NCBI GenBank assembly: GCA_003194425.1
Contig: PQXB01000002.1
Location: 1-32,000, forward strand
DNA from: Candidatus Methanophagaceae archaeon
Lineage (GTDB): Archaea > Halobacteriota > Syntropharchaeia > Alkanophagales > Methanospirareceae
DNA: 32,000 bases
Direction of reading: 5' to 3'
Positions 1 through 8,112 of the stretch are shown in pieces. Both the position numbers and the translations under genes were made by a program. The notes below the pieces were generated by a model. That model saw only the letters and a program-made list of their open reading frames with translations. It was not told the DNA's origin and ran no database searches. Each line of letters starts with the position of its first letter. Position 1 is the first letter of the stretch.

Positions 1-126
1 TTGTTCTTGCAGGACTTGGGCGTGACTTTTCGGCGCGACTTGAGCACGCTCCGCCCGAGAATAAACAAAATCGGCTCGGCGAAAGACCGCGAGCAGAAGG
101 CGGAGGGAAAATATTATTATTTGTGA
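1..126 (+). CDS. 3' end of an unidentified CDS entering from the left edge (partial)
   Basis: Frame 1 is open from base 1 to TGA at 124-126 ([41 protein letters not shown]). It is convergent with the next gene. No recognisable motif. Confidence 0.25.
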   Translation: MFLQDLGVTFRRDLSTLRPRINKIGSAKDREQKAEGKYYYL

Positions 127-134
127 AATTCAGA

Positions 135-1085
135 TTACACATACATTGATTGAGACGGTTCAGCCCCTGTCCCAACTTCAACGCCCTCGCCCCGGTAAGC
201 AACCTGCTCCCTCTGTTTCTTTATTCGCTCTTCCACAGCCTTCGCACCCTCCTCAAGCATCTCCTCCACCTTCGTCGTCTCCAACTCCGACTCCAAGCCC
301 GACAATTTCTTGAACGCCCTGAGCGCACCTGCACACGCCCTCAAATCTTCAGGATATTTCCCCACGCCGAGAATCGCGTAGCTCTCAATCCCGAGCTTCG
401 AGGCAAAGCCAGGCAGAAGCCCGGTCTTGCGAATAATTGAATACCTGCCAATAATTCCTCTCGTCATCTTTTTAACCCCCGCAGGAATCTCCTTCTCCTT
501 CCCCTTCTCCTTCCCCTTCCCCTTCTTCGAGCCCTCAAAAAACCCAACGCACGCTTCCACCTGTGCTTCCTCGTCCTTAAATTTAAACGGCTCTTGCATC
601 GGCACAATCACGCCAACTGTGTAGAGTTCCTTAACGCCGAGTTCTTTCGTGAGCCGAGCCACGCACTCCGCCTGCTTGTAACTCGCTCTCGGAATGTCAG
701 TCTCTGGATATTTCCCGACATAACAGAACAGCCGCTTCTGCTCGCTGAACCAAATCTCGTCGTGCGGAATCTCAAACTCGTCCTCTCTCGCCTCCACCAT
801 CGGCGGAAAGTCGCAAGAATACAAACTCAAAACCTTCTCTGAATCCTCTAAAATCTCTTTTAGGTGGTACGGAACGATATTTCCCATCGGCGGAAACCCC
901 GCAACCAAAATGCACTTGCCTTTCTCTTTCTCTTCTCTTAAATTTTTTACCTTCTCCCTAAACTCGCCCTCGTCCACATTCCAATAAAAACTCAGCTCCC
1001 CAACCTCAAACCCACGCTCAAACCCACGCTCAAACCCACGCTCAAACCCACGCTCACGCTCAACGCCTTTCGCCATTTTTATCAC
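135..1085 (-). CDS. PAC2-family proteasome assembly chaperone (PbaA/PbaB-like)
   Basis: PAC2-like core (CILVAGFPPMGNIVPYHLKEIL...). The C-terminus ends in M-Y-V, which fits the HbYX proteasome alpha-ring docking motif. The track start is GTG at 1085; ATG at 1076 (MAKGVE) is an alternative. Two low-complexity inserts: ERGF x4 and KKGKGKEKGKEKE. Confidence 0.6.
   Translation of the reverse strand: MIKMAKGVERERGFERGFERGFERGFEVGELSFYWNVDEGEFREKVKNLREEKEKGKCILVAGFPPMGNIVPYHLKEILEDSEKVLSLYSCDFPPMVEAREDEFEIPHDEIWFSEQKRLFCYVGKYPETDIPRASYKQAECVARLTKELGVKELYTVGVIVPMQEPFKFKDEEAQVEACVGFFEGSKKGKGKEKGKEKEIPAGVKKMTRGIIGRYSIIRKTGLLPGFASKLGIESYAILGVGKYPEDLRACAGALRAFKKLSGLESELETTKVEEMLEEGAKAVEERIKKQREQVAYRGEGVEVGTGAEPSQSMYV
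1005..1052 (-). repeat. 12-bp x4 perfect in-frame tandem repeat (ctcaaacccacg) encoding ERGFERGFERGFERGF
   Basis: Read directly. Four identical units, followed by degenerate copies to about 1065, inside the N-terminus of the PAC2-family gene. Confidence 0.95.
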
Positions 1086-1129
1086 ATTTAATTAAATCTT
1101 TTACTTTTTTACTTTTACAAATTTACAAA
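1086..1129. promoter_or_regulatory. 44-bp AT-rich divergent promoter region
   Basis: This is the only spacer between the divergent genes at 1085(-) and 1130(+). It contains the palindromic TATA-like TTTAATTAAA (1088-1097) and repeated TTTTAC motifs. The short distances imply short or absent leaders. Confidence 0.35.
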
Positions 1130-2353
1130 ATGAGAGAGGAGAAGTACGATGTGGTGGTGGTAGGGGCAGGACCGGCAGGCAGCGTGGCAGCGAAGACAGC
1201 TGCAGAGCGAGGTGCAGAGGTTCTTTTAATCGAGCGAAATCAGGAAATCGGCGTGCCCGTGAAGTGTGCAGAAGGAGTGAGCAAGGAGATCGAGAAGTTC
1301 GTTGAGGTTGTCCCCAGGTGCGTCTCCGCCGAGGTGAAAGGAGCGAACATTTACGGTCCCGACGGCACGAAGGTGGTCTTGTCTGCGGAGACGATGGACG
1401 AGACGGGCTACGTTTTGGAGCGGAAGATATTTGACAAGTCGCTTGCGATCGCGGCTGCGAGAGCGGGAGCGGAAGTGCGAGTGAAAACCGAAGCCTACGG
1501 CGTCGTTAAAGAAAACGGGTTTACGAAAGGCGTTCTTGCTCGCTGTGGCTGCAGCGACTACAGCGACTGCAGCGGAGGTGGCAGGGAAGGAGAGGTTCGG
1601 ATTTCCGCTGATGTTGTTGTGGCTGCAGACGGCGTGGAATCACGGGTCGGCAGGTGGGCGGGGATCAAGACACGGCTGCGACCTTCTGAAGTTTCAGTGA
1701 GCGCCGAGTTCCTGATGTGCGGTTTAGAACGGGAACTGAACAGCGACTTTTCCGAGTTCTTCGTTAGCAACGAAATTGCACCAAAGGGCTACGCTTGGGT
1801 CTTTCCGAAAGGGAGCGGTTGTGCGAATGTCGGGCTTGGAATAAGCGGCGACGTCTCGGGCGAGAAGCACCGTGCGTTTGACTACCTGCGGGCGTTTGCG
1901 CGAATGAAGTTTCCGAAAGGGGGAGTAGTGGCGGAAATTTATGGGGTCGTGCCGCTGAGTGGTTCGCTCCCCGAGACGACAGCAGACGGGCTTGTTTTGG
2001 TCGGCGACGCTGCGAGACAGGTCAACCCGCTTACAGGCGGCGGGATTTTGTACGCGATCCAGGCAGGCGAAATAGCGGGCGAGGTCGTTGCGAAGGCAGT
2101 GCAGGAAAAAGACTTCTCAAAGACGCGGTTGGCAGAGTACGAGAAGAGGTGGCGGAGCGAGTTTGGGAAGCGGTTGGAGACCGGGCTGAAAGCAAAAGAG
2201 TTCTTCTTCGGGCTCTCTGACAAAGACCTCAACAAGTTGGCTCACTCTTTGGAAGGCGTGAAAATCGAGGAACTTTCTGTCGGGGCACTGCTCTTGGAAC
2301 TCGTGAAGCGGAACCCGAAAATGCTGCTTGGACTGCGGAAAATCCTGCTCTAA
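1130..2353 (+). CDS. Geranylgeranyl reductase family FAD-dependent oxidoreductase
   Basis: N-terminal DVVVVGAGPAGS dinucleotide-binding fold, VKCAEG motif, and LVGDAARQVNPLTGGGI, all typical of archaeal GGR / digeranylgeranylglycerophospholipid reductase. Contains an insert CGCSDYSDCSGGG encoded by a 9-bp repeat. Confidence 0.8.
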   Translation: MREEKYDVVVVGAGPAGSVAAKTAAERGAEVLLIERNQEIGVPVKCAEGVSKEIEKFVEVVPRCVSAEVKGANIYGPDGTKVVLSAETMDETGYVLERKIFDKSLAIAAARAGAEVRVKTEAYGVVKENGFTKGVLARCGCSDYSDCSGGGREGEVRISADVVVAADGVESRVGRWAGIKTRLRPSEVSVSAEFLMCGLERELNSDFSEFFVSNEIAPKGYAWVFPKGSGCANVGLGISGDVSGEKHRAFDYLRAFARMKFPKGGVVAEIYGVVPLSGSLPETTADGLVLVGDAARQVNPLTGGGILYAIQAGEIAGEVVAKAVQEKDFSKTRLAEYEKRWRSEFGKRLETGLKAKEFFFGLSDKDLNKLAHSLEGVKIEELSVGALLLELVKRNPKMLLGLRKILL

Positions 2354-2381
2354 CAAAACAAAACCTCTAACAAAACAAAAC
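2348..2381 (+). repeat. 17-bp x2 perfect tandem duplication (ctctaacaaaacaaaac) that includes the GGR stop codon
   Basis: Unit 1 (2348-2364) contains the TAA stop at 2351-2353. Unit 2 (2365-2381) repeats it exactly in the spacer before the next gene. Confidence 0.95.
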
Positions 2382-2398
2382 TAAAATCAAAACTAAAA

Positions 2399-3865
2399 AT
2401 GCCAGTAATTAAGACCGCACCGTCAAGGTTTCCGAACGAAATCTCCGAGACTGAGGTGAAGAGGGAGATTTTGAGATGCATAAACTGCGGCACCTGCGCT
2501 GCGGTCTGCCCGTTCGGCGTGCACGAGCGGAGAAAGGGCTACAACAGGATTTCAAAGCCCGTGAGTTCCCGCTGTCTCGGCGCCGCGTGTGAGGAGAAGC
2601 CGTTTTACTGCGTCAGGCACTGCCCTCGAGGAGCACTCTCGCTGGGCGTAAGTTCGGAGTACCGCACAATTGGTGACTTCCGCTGGACTCGCGACCTCCT
2701 ACTCGGAACTTGGAAGCAGGCGGAGACAGGACTACCGCTTAAAGGGAAAGGACGAAAATACGAAATCGGGAACTCGAGGGGGGGGTTTGACCGAATTTTC
2801 TTCAATTTTCCGAAAGAGAGAGAGGGGGACGAAAAACTTGAAGACAAAAAAGTAAGCACCGAAATCGAGTTGAACAAGCGGTCGGAGGGGGAAAAAATCC
2901 GAATCGCAGTGCCGTTCTACGGCGGCGGAATGTCCTTCGGCTCGGTCAGTCTCTCCGTAATTCTCGCGAGGGCAAAAGCCGCGAAGGCGTGGGACACCTT
3001 CACCTGCACGGGCGAGGGCGGCTACCCAGAAGTCTTGAAAGAGTACGACGAGAATGTGATTACGCAGGTTGCGACTGGGCTCTTCGGCGTGACGGAAGAG
3101 ACAATTCAACGCGTGAGGGTCGTTGAATTCAAGTACGCGCAGGGAGCAAAACCAGGTCTCGGCGGGCATCTGCTCGGCGACAAAGTAACACCTGAGGTGG
3201 CACGAATGCGGGAAGCGGTGCTGGGCAGCAGCCTCTTCTCCCCGTTTCCGTTTCACAGCGTCTACTCGGTGGAAGACCACAAAAAGCACGTGGACTGGAT
3301 AAAGGAGCTGAACCCGAATGCTGTCGTTTCGGTAAAGGTCTCAACCCCGACGGACGTGGATATGGTCGCGGTCGGCAGCTACTACGCGGGTGCAAACATA
3401 ATTCACCTCGACGGCAGTTACGGGGGGACGGGAGCGGCGCCCGAGATTGCGAAGAAGAACATTGCGATGCCGATTGAGTACGCAATCCCGAAGGTGCACG
3501 AGTTTCTCAAAGAGGAGGGGATTCGCGAAAAAATGACGGTCATCGCGAGCGGCGGAATAAGAACCGCACACGACGCGGCGAAGGCGATTGCACTGGGTGC
3601 TGACGGCGTTGTCCTCGGGACAACCGAGCTGGTTGCTCTGGGCTGTGTGCGGTGCGGTAACTGCGAGTCCGGCAGGGGCTGCCCGCGTGGGATTGCGACG
3701 ACCGACCCTGAACTTTTCGGGGCTGTTGAGGTGGAGTGGGGCGCTCAGCGGCTGGTGAATTTGTACGCAGCGTGGCGGAGCGAGCTTGTGAGCATTTTAA
3801 GGAGGCTCGGGCTGCAGAGTGTGAAAGAGTTGGTGGGGCGGTACGACTGCTTGTCTTATTTATGA
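2399..3865 (+). CDS. Glutamate-synthase domain-2-like FMN/Fe-S oxidoreductase with N-terminal 2x[4Fe-4S] ferredoxin domain
   Basis: N-terminal CINCGTCAAVCP plus C..C..CVRHCP. GltB FMN-domain motifs are present (FYGGGMSFGS, KYAQGAKPGLGGHL, ASGGIRT, LGADGV) together with the C-terminal CVRCGNCESGRGCPRGIATTD cluster motif. No GATase or GXGXG subunit genes are adjacent. Confidence 0.75.
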   Translation: MPVIKTAPSRFPNEISETEVKREILRCINCGTCAAVCPFGVHERRKGYNRISKPVSSRCLGAACEEKPFYCVRHCPRGALSLGVSSEYRTIGDFRWTRDLLLGTWKQAETGLPLKGKGRKYEIGNSRGGFDRIFFNFPKEREGDEKLEDKKVSTEIELNKRSEGEKIRIAVPFYGGGMSFGSVSLSVILARAKAAKAWDTFTCTGEGGYPEVLKEYDENVITQVATGLFGVTEETIQRVRVVEFKYAQGAKPGLGGHLLGDKVTPEVARMREAVLGSSLFSPFPFHSVYSVEDHKKHVDWIKELNPNAVVSVKVSTPTDVDMVAVGSYYAGANIIHLDGSYGGTGAAPEIAKKNIAMPIEYAIPKVHEFLKEEGIREKMTVIASGGIRTAHDAAKAIALGADGVVLGTTELVALGCVRCGNCESGRGCPRGIATTDPELFGAVEVEWGAQRLVNLYAAWRSELVSILRRLGLQSVKELVGRYDCLSYL

Positions 3866-4123
3866 GTCGCTCAAAGAGAACGGTTTCTCATTGCATCCAA
3901 AGGCTTTATATTTAAGATTATCGCTTTTTTGAGAACAAAATCGCCAAGATGGATCAAAGAACGAGTAGAAAGTCTGTTCTACCAGCAAATAAGCCTCTTG
4001 GCTAAGAAATAATTTGACAGTGAATAAGCGATTGTTTTGTAAATAGGCTGTTGAAGTCCTGGGCAGAAGGCAAAATAGCCCTCAGCATCCTTTTCCCCCT
4101 CCATTCTTTTACCTCTAATTTTT

Positions 4124-4155
4124 GGAGAAAAAAGAGGAGTGAAATTAATCACTCC
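4124..4155 (-). terminator. Hairpin plus oligo-U terminator candidate for the hdrA operon
   Basis: On the minus strand: GGAGTGA(4155-4149)-uuaauu-TCACTCC(4142-4136), followed by TCTTTTTTCTCC. The stem includes the hdrA stop codon (4149-4151). Confidence 0.5.
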
Positions 4156-6359
4156 ACCGTTGTCTCCGGCTCCAACTCCATTTCCGCGCGCTCTGCTTCT
4201 GCACCGACTTCAGACTCAGGAATTCCTACCTCCACCAGCCTCTGCGTCAAGGCGTCAATTTGGGCGTAGACCTGCCTGTCGCGGTAGTGCTTCATCGTCG
4301 CTGCACCTGAGGGGCAGATTGCGTTGCAGCCGCCGCAGCCCTTGCAGACCGCTTCGTTCACTGTCATCACATGCCGCACCTCGTCAAGCGCGAGCGCACC
4401 GTACGGGCAGCACGGCTCGCAGGTCCCGCAGCCGATGCAGACCTCCTCGTTTATCTGCGAGATTGCAGGCTCTATTTTCGCTTTCCCGAGAACCAGGTAG
4501 AGAAGTGATCCTGCAGCCGCTGCCTTGCCTTGTGCCACGCTGTCGGTAATGTCTTTTGGGCTTGCACAGCAGCCTGCGATGAAGACGCCGTCGGTCGCTG
4601 TGTCCACAGGACGCAGTTTTGGGTGTGCCTCCATCAAGAAGCCGTCGACGGATTTAGAGAGTTTTAGCATATTCACAACGCTCTCTACATCCTTGTTCGG
4701 CGCCAAGCCCACGCCAAGCACGACGAGGTCCGCCTCCATTTCGTAAGGCTCGCCAAGCAGCGTGTTCTCGCCTCGCACTACCAGTCTGCCACCGTTGGCT
4801 TCACTGCCCGGTTTCTTGTAAATCTCGCTCGGAAGCCCCCGCAAGTAGAGGACGCCCTCCTTCTTCACATTGCCGTAGAACTCCTCGAAGCCCTTACCGA
4901 ACGCCCGCACATCTTGGAAGGTCACCGTCACATTCGCGTCCGGCGGCAGCAGATCCTTCGCCACGCTCGCCTGCTTCGCCAAATACATACAGCAGACCCG
5001 CGAGCAGTACTCGTTCCCTACCTGCTTGTTCCGCGAGCCGACACACGACACGAAAAGCACATCCTTCGGCTCTTTCCCGTTCACCAAAATCCTGCCGCCC
5101 GTCGGTCCGCTCGGCGACGACAACCGCTCAAACTCCAAGCCCGTAATCACATTCGGGTAGTCGGCGTACTTGTACTCTGCCGAGACCCGCGGGTCAACGA
5201 TGTCAAAACCCGTCGCCACAATTATTGTCCCGACCTTCAAGTCCACGACCTCCTCGGTCTGCTCGAAATTTATCGCACCCGGACACGCCTCCAGGCAAGG
5301 CGGGATTTCCTTGCCCTCCTTAATCGTTTCGAGTGTCGCAGAACCGCATTTCCCGTCTTTCAGCAACGCACAGTGCTCAGCGTCAACCGTGTAAGCAGGC
5401 GGAACCGCGAACGGGAAAGGCAGGTAAACCGCCTTCCTCTTACTCAGCCCCTCGTCAAACTCGTTTGGCACTTCCACCGGGCACGCCTCTACGCACGCCG
5501 CACAACCCTCGCCCTCGCCCGTGCCCGCGCATTTCACAGGATCAACGAACCTCGGCTTCCGCCTCACCTTCACATCGTAGTTCCCGATGTAGCCGCCGAT
5601 TTCCACGACCTCCGAGTAAGTCATCAAATTTATCTTCGGGTGCGCCCCGATCTCTATCATTCTCGGCGTCAGAATTGAAGTCGCCCGCTCGAGCGTCGGG
5701 AAAGTCCTGTTTAGCTGTGCCACGTGCCCGCCGATTGACGGGCTTTTATCGACCAAATGCACTTTGTAGCCGCCGTCTGCGATGTCCAACGCAGCGTACA
5801 TTCCCGTGATTCCTCCGCCAATCACAAGCACTTCAGGTGTAACATCGACCTCCTTCTCCTCAATCGTCTCCAGCAGCGAGCACCTCGCAACCGCACTCCG
5901 CACCAACTCCTTCGCCTTCGCAGTCGCTTCTCTCTGAAAGTCCCCGTGCGGCCAGCTGCAGTGCTCCCGAATGTTCGCCATTTCGTAGTAGAACGGGTTC
6001 AGCCCCGAGTCCGAACAGGTCTTCCTGAAAGTCGGCTCGTGCATTCGCGGCGAGCACGACGCCACAATTACTCGGTTCACCCGCCCTTCTTCGAGGTCTT
6101 TCCGAATCAAATCCTGCCCAGGGTCGGAGCACATAAAAATGTAGTGGCGTGCGAGAACAACATTCGGCAGGCTCGCCGCATATTTCATCACCGCCTCCAC
6201 ATCTACCGTCATTTTTATGTTTATTCCGCAGTGGCAGACGTAAACGCCGATTCTGGGTGCATCTTTCGGTCCTCCCTCTTCCGCTGCTGCCGCTGCCGCC
6301 ACGCCCTCAGCACTACCCTTCATCGGGACTTTCGTGTAGTCATATTCTTCTTCTCCCAT
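4149..6359 (-). CDS. hdrA: HdrA-like heterodisulfide reductase subunit A, full-length architecture but lacking the DCxxC cysteine pair
   Basis: HdrA N-terminal domain (IGVYVCHCGINI, MCSDPGQ, ASCSPRMHEPTF, EHCSWPH). FAD fold VLVIGGGITGMYAALD. YCSRVCCMY motif. C-terminal 2x[4Fe-4S] (CIGCGTCEPCCP, CKGCGGCNAICP). FPTLERATSILTP replaces the usual FPTxDCSxC. Confidence 0.85.
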   Translation of the reverse strand: MGEEEYDYTKVPMKGSAEGVAAAAAAEEGGPKDAPRIGVYVCHCGINIKMTVDVEAVMKYAASLPNVVLARHYIFMCSDPGQDLIRKDLEEGRVNRVIVASCSPRMHEPTFRKTCSDSGLNPFYYEMANIREHCSWPHGDFQREATAKAKELVRSAVARCSLLETIEEKEVDVTPEVLVIGGGITGMYAALDIADGGYKVHLVDKSPSIGGHVAQLNRTFPTLERATSILTPRMIEIGAHPKINLMTYSEVVEIGGYIGNYDVKVRRKPRFVDPVKCAGTGEGEGCAACVEACPVEVPNEFDEGLSKRKAVYLPFPFAVPPAYTVDAEHCALLKDGKCGSATLETIKEGKEIPPCLEACPGAINFEQTEEVVDLKVGTIIVATGFDIVDPRVSAEYKYADYPNVITGLEFERLSSPSGPTGGRILVNGKEPKDVLFVSCVGSRNKQVGNEYCSRVCCMYLAKQASVAKDLLPPDANVTVTFQDVRAFGKGFEEFYGNVKKEGVLYLRGLPSEIYKKPGSEANGGRLVVRGENTLLGEPYEMEADLVVLGVGLAPNKDVESVVNMLKLSKSVDGFLMEAHPKLRPVDTATDGVFIAGCCASPKDITDSVAQGKAAAAGSLLYLVLGKAKIEPAISQINEEVCIGCGTCEPCCPYGALALDEVRHVMTVNEAVCKGCGGCNAICPSGAATMKHYRDRQVYAQIDALTQRLVEVGIPESEVGAEAERAEMELEPETTVE

Positions 6360-6363
6360 TTTT

Positions 6364-8001
6364 TTACGCTCCTATTTTCTCCGCCATCTCGCTCAATGAC
6401 GAGTAGCCAACGCAGATTTCCTCCGCCATTTCCTGCACCGAAGGTCGTATTTTCACTCTTCCGCCGCCCGCTCTTCCGCCTGCCAAAAGCGAGAGAACCG
6501 CAGCCGCCGCACCTTTGGCTTGTGCAACGCTGTCTGGAATGTCCTTCGGACCTTGAGCGCAGCCGGTAACAAAAACGCCGTCTACTTCGGTGTCCACTGG
6601 CCGCAGTTTCGGGTGCGCCTCTTTTGCGAACTTGTCCACGGTCTGCGAGACACCGAGCATTTCCAGCAACTTCTCGCTCCCCGCACTCGGTTTCAAGCCC
6701 ACTCCGAGCACCACGAGGTCGGCTTCGATTTCGTAAGGCTCGGCAAGCATCGTGTCCTCCGCCCGCACAACAACCCGGTCACTGCCCGGTTTCTTGTAAA
6801 TCTCGGACGCAAGCCCTCTGCGGTAAGAAACACCCTCGGCCTTCACGCGGTCGTAGAACTCCTCGAAGCCCTTACCGAACGCCCGCACATCTTGGTAGAG
6901 AACTGTAATCTTGCAGCCGGGAACTTTCTCCTCGAGCAGGTGTGCCTGCTTCGCCAAATACATACAGCAGACCCGCGAGCAGTACTCGTAGCCGGTCTGC
7001 TTGTTCCGCGAGCCGACGCAGGACAGGAAGACCGCGTCCTTCGGCTCTGGCAGGTCGCCCACCAAAATCCTGCCCATCGTGGGTCCGCTCGCCGACGAGT
7101 AACGCTCGAACTCCAAGCCGTGAATCACATTTGGGTAGACGCCGTACTTGTATTCTGGCGTAGCCTCGGGCTCAATAATGTCGTAGCCGGTCGCAACGAT
7201 GATCCCGCCGACATTCAACTCCACCACCTCGTCTTTCATATCGTGCCGAATCGCATTTGCGTCGCACGCAATTACGCACGGCGGGGCTTCGTTCTTCGAG
7301 ACCTCCTCGCCTCGCTCCCGCTTCTCCACCGCGGCTTTGGTGCTCTCAAGCGTCGCCTTCCCACACTTGCCCTTCTTTATCATCAGACAGTTCTCGCCGT
7401 CAAGGGTGTAAATCGCAGGAATTGCGAACGGGAACGGGCGGTAAATCGCAGCCCTCTTCATCAGCCCCAGGTCAAACTCGTTCGGAAACCGGTTCTTCAG
7501 CCGACAAGCCTCTTCGCAGGTTGAACAGCCAGTGCATTTCGTCTCATCCACATACCTCGCCCGCTTTAGCACCTTCACCTTGAAATTCCCGACCGAGCCC
7601 TCTACACCGACTACTTCCGAGTAACTCATCAGGTTGATGTTCGGGTGAGCGCCCACATCCACGAGACGCGGCGTCAAAATACAAGCCGAACAGTCGAGCG
7701 TCGGGAAGGTCTTGTCGAGTTGAGCCATATGTCCGCCGAGGGAGGGCGTCCGCTCCACGAGGTGCACCCTGAACCCCGCCTCTGCAATGTCCAACGCAGC
7801 GTACATTCCCGCAATCCCGCCACCGATCACCAACGCCTCTGGAACGACCTCAACCTCCCGCTCCTCAACGCTCCCCAAAAGGCTCTCCTCAACCCTGCTT
7901 TTTATCGTCTGCAACGCACTCCTGCTCGCTTGGATTTCTTCATCAACAATTCCAATCCCTGTCCTCTCCTTCTCTTCCTCTACCTCTGCTTCTGTCGCCA
8001 T
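6364..8001 (-). CDS. hdrA: HdrA-like flavoprotein, core-only paralogue (no N-terminal Cys domain, no C-terminal ferredoxin domain)
   Basis: ALVIGGGIAGMYAALD, FPTLDCSACILTP, CTGCSTCEEAC and YCSRVCCMY are all present. The protein starts directly at the FAD domain after an acidic leader and ends without CxxCxxCxxxCP motifs. Its stop lies 4 nt before the next hdrA start, and a GGAG sits inside its 3' end. Confidence 0.8.
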   Translation of the reverse strand: MATEAEVEEEKERTGIGIVDEEIQASRSALQTIKSRVEESLLGSVEEREVEVVPEALVIGGGIAGMYAALDIAEAGFRVHLVERTPSLGGHMAQLDKTFPTLDCSACILTPRLVDVGAHPNINLMSYSEVVGVEGSVGNFKVKVLKRARYVDETKCTGCSTCEEACRLKNRFPNEFDLGLMKRAAIYRPFPFAIPAIYTLDGENCLMIKKGKCGKATLESTKAAVEKRERGEEVSKNEAPPCVIACDANAIRHDMKDEVVELNVGGIIVATGYDIIEPEATPEYKYGVYPNVIHGLEFERYSSASGPTMGRILVGDLPEPKDAVFLSCVGSRNKQTGYEYCSRVCCMYLAKQAHLLEEKVPGCKITVLYQDVRAFGKGFEEFYDRVKAEGVSYRRGLASEIYKKPGSDRVVVRAEDTMLAEPYEIEADLVVLGVGLKPSAGSEKLLEMLGVSQTVDKFAKEAHPKLRPVDTEVDGVFVTGCAQGPKDIPDSVAQAKGAAAAVLSLLAGGRAGGGRVKIRPSVQEMAEEICVGYSSLSEMAEKIGA

Positions 8002-8032
8002 ACCTTTCTCACCTCTTCTAAATTTCCCTTAT

Positions 8033-8050
8033 CCTTATATAAATTTTTTG
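8033..8050 (-). promoter_or_regulatory. TATA box / BRE candidate for the hdrA-hdrA operon
   Basis: The minus strand reads AAAAAATTTATATAAGG. TTTATATA (8043-8036) is centred about 38 nt upstream of ATG 8001. GAGGTGA Shine-Dalgarno at -14 to -8. Confidence 0.4.
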
Positions 8051-8068
8051 TTTTTTCACTCTGTCTTT

Positions 8069-8112
8069 CTCAACTTAACCACGCCCTCATCTCAACTCAA
8101 CCACGCCCTCAA
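8069..8112 (-). repeat. 22-bp x2 tandem duplication spanning the dapF stop codon
   Basis: ctcaacttaaccacgccctcat (8069-8090) and ctcaactcaaccacgccctcaa (8091-8112) match at 20/22. The copy at 8091-8112 encodes the last dapF codons (EGVVELR). The dapF stop (8087-8089) lies at the junction, and the rest of the other copy is non-coding. Confidence 0.9.

Noticed and set aside
3866-4148. C/D-box sRNA or tRNA in the long convergent spacer. I also scanned 9322-9566, 15901-15982 and 24441-24526.
   Set aside because: I could not find a convincing RUGAUGA/CUGA box pair or a cloverleaf-compatible stem set by eye. The spacer is kept only as a low-interest candidate region.
4051-4549. Plus-strand ORFs 4051-4269 and 4139-4549.
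   Set aside because: They run antisense into the hdrA 3' end and across its terminator hairpin. Ser/Arg/Pro-rich, with no start context.
4149-8001. In-frame TGA (selenocysteine) in the hdrA genes, as occurs in some Methanococcales HdrA.
   Set aside because: Both ORFs are uninterrupted. The relevant position is Cys in one copy and Thr/Ser (ERATS) in the other, and no SECIS-like requirement arises.
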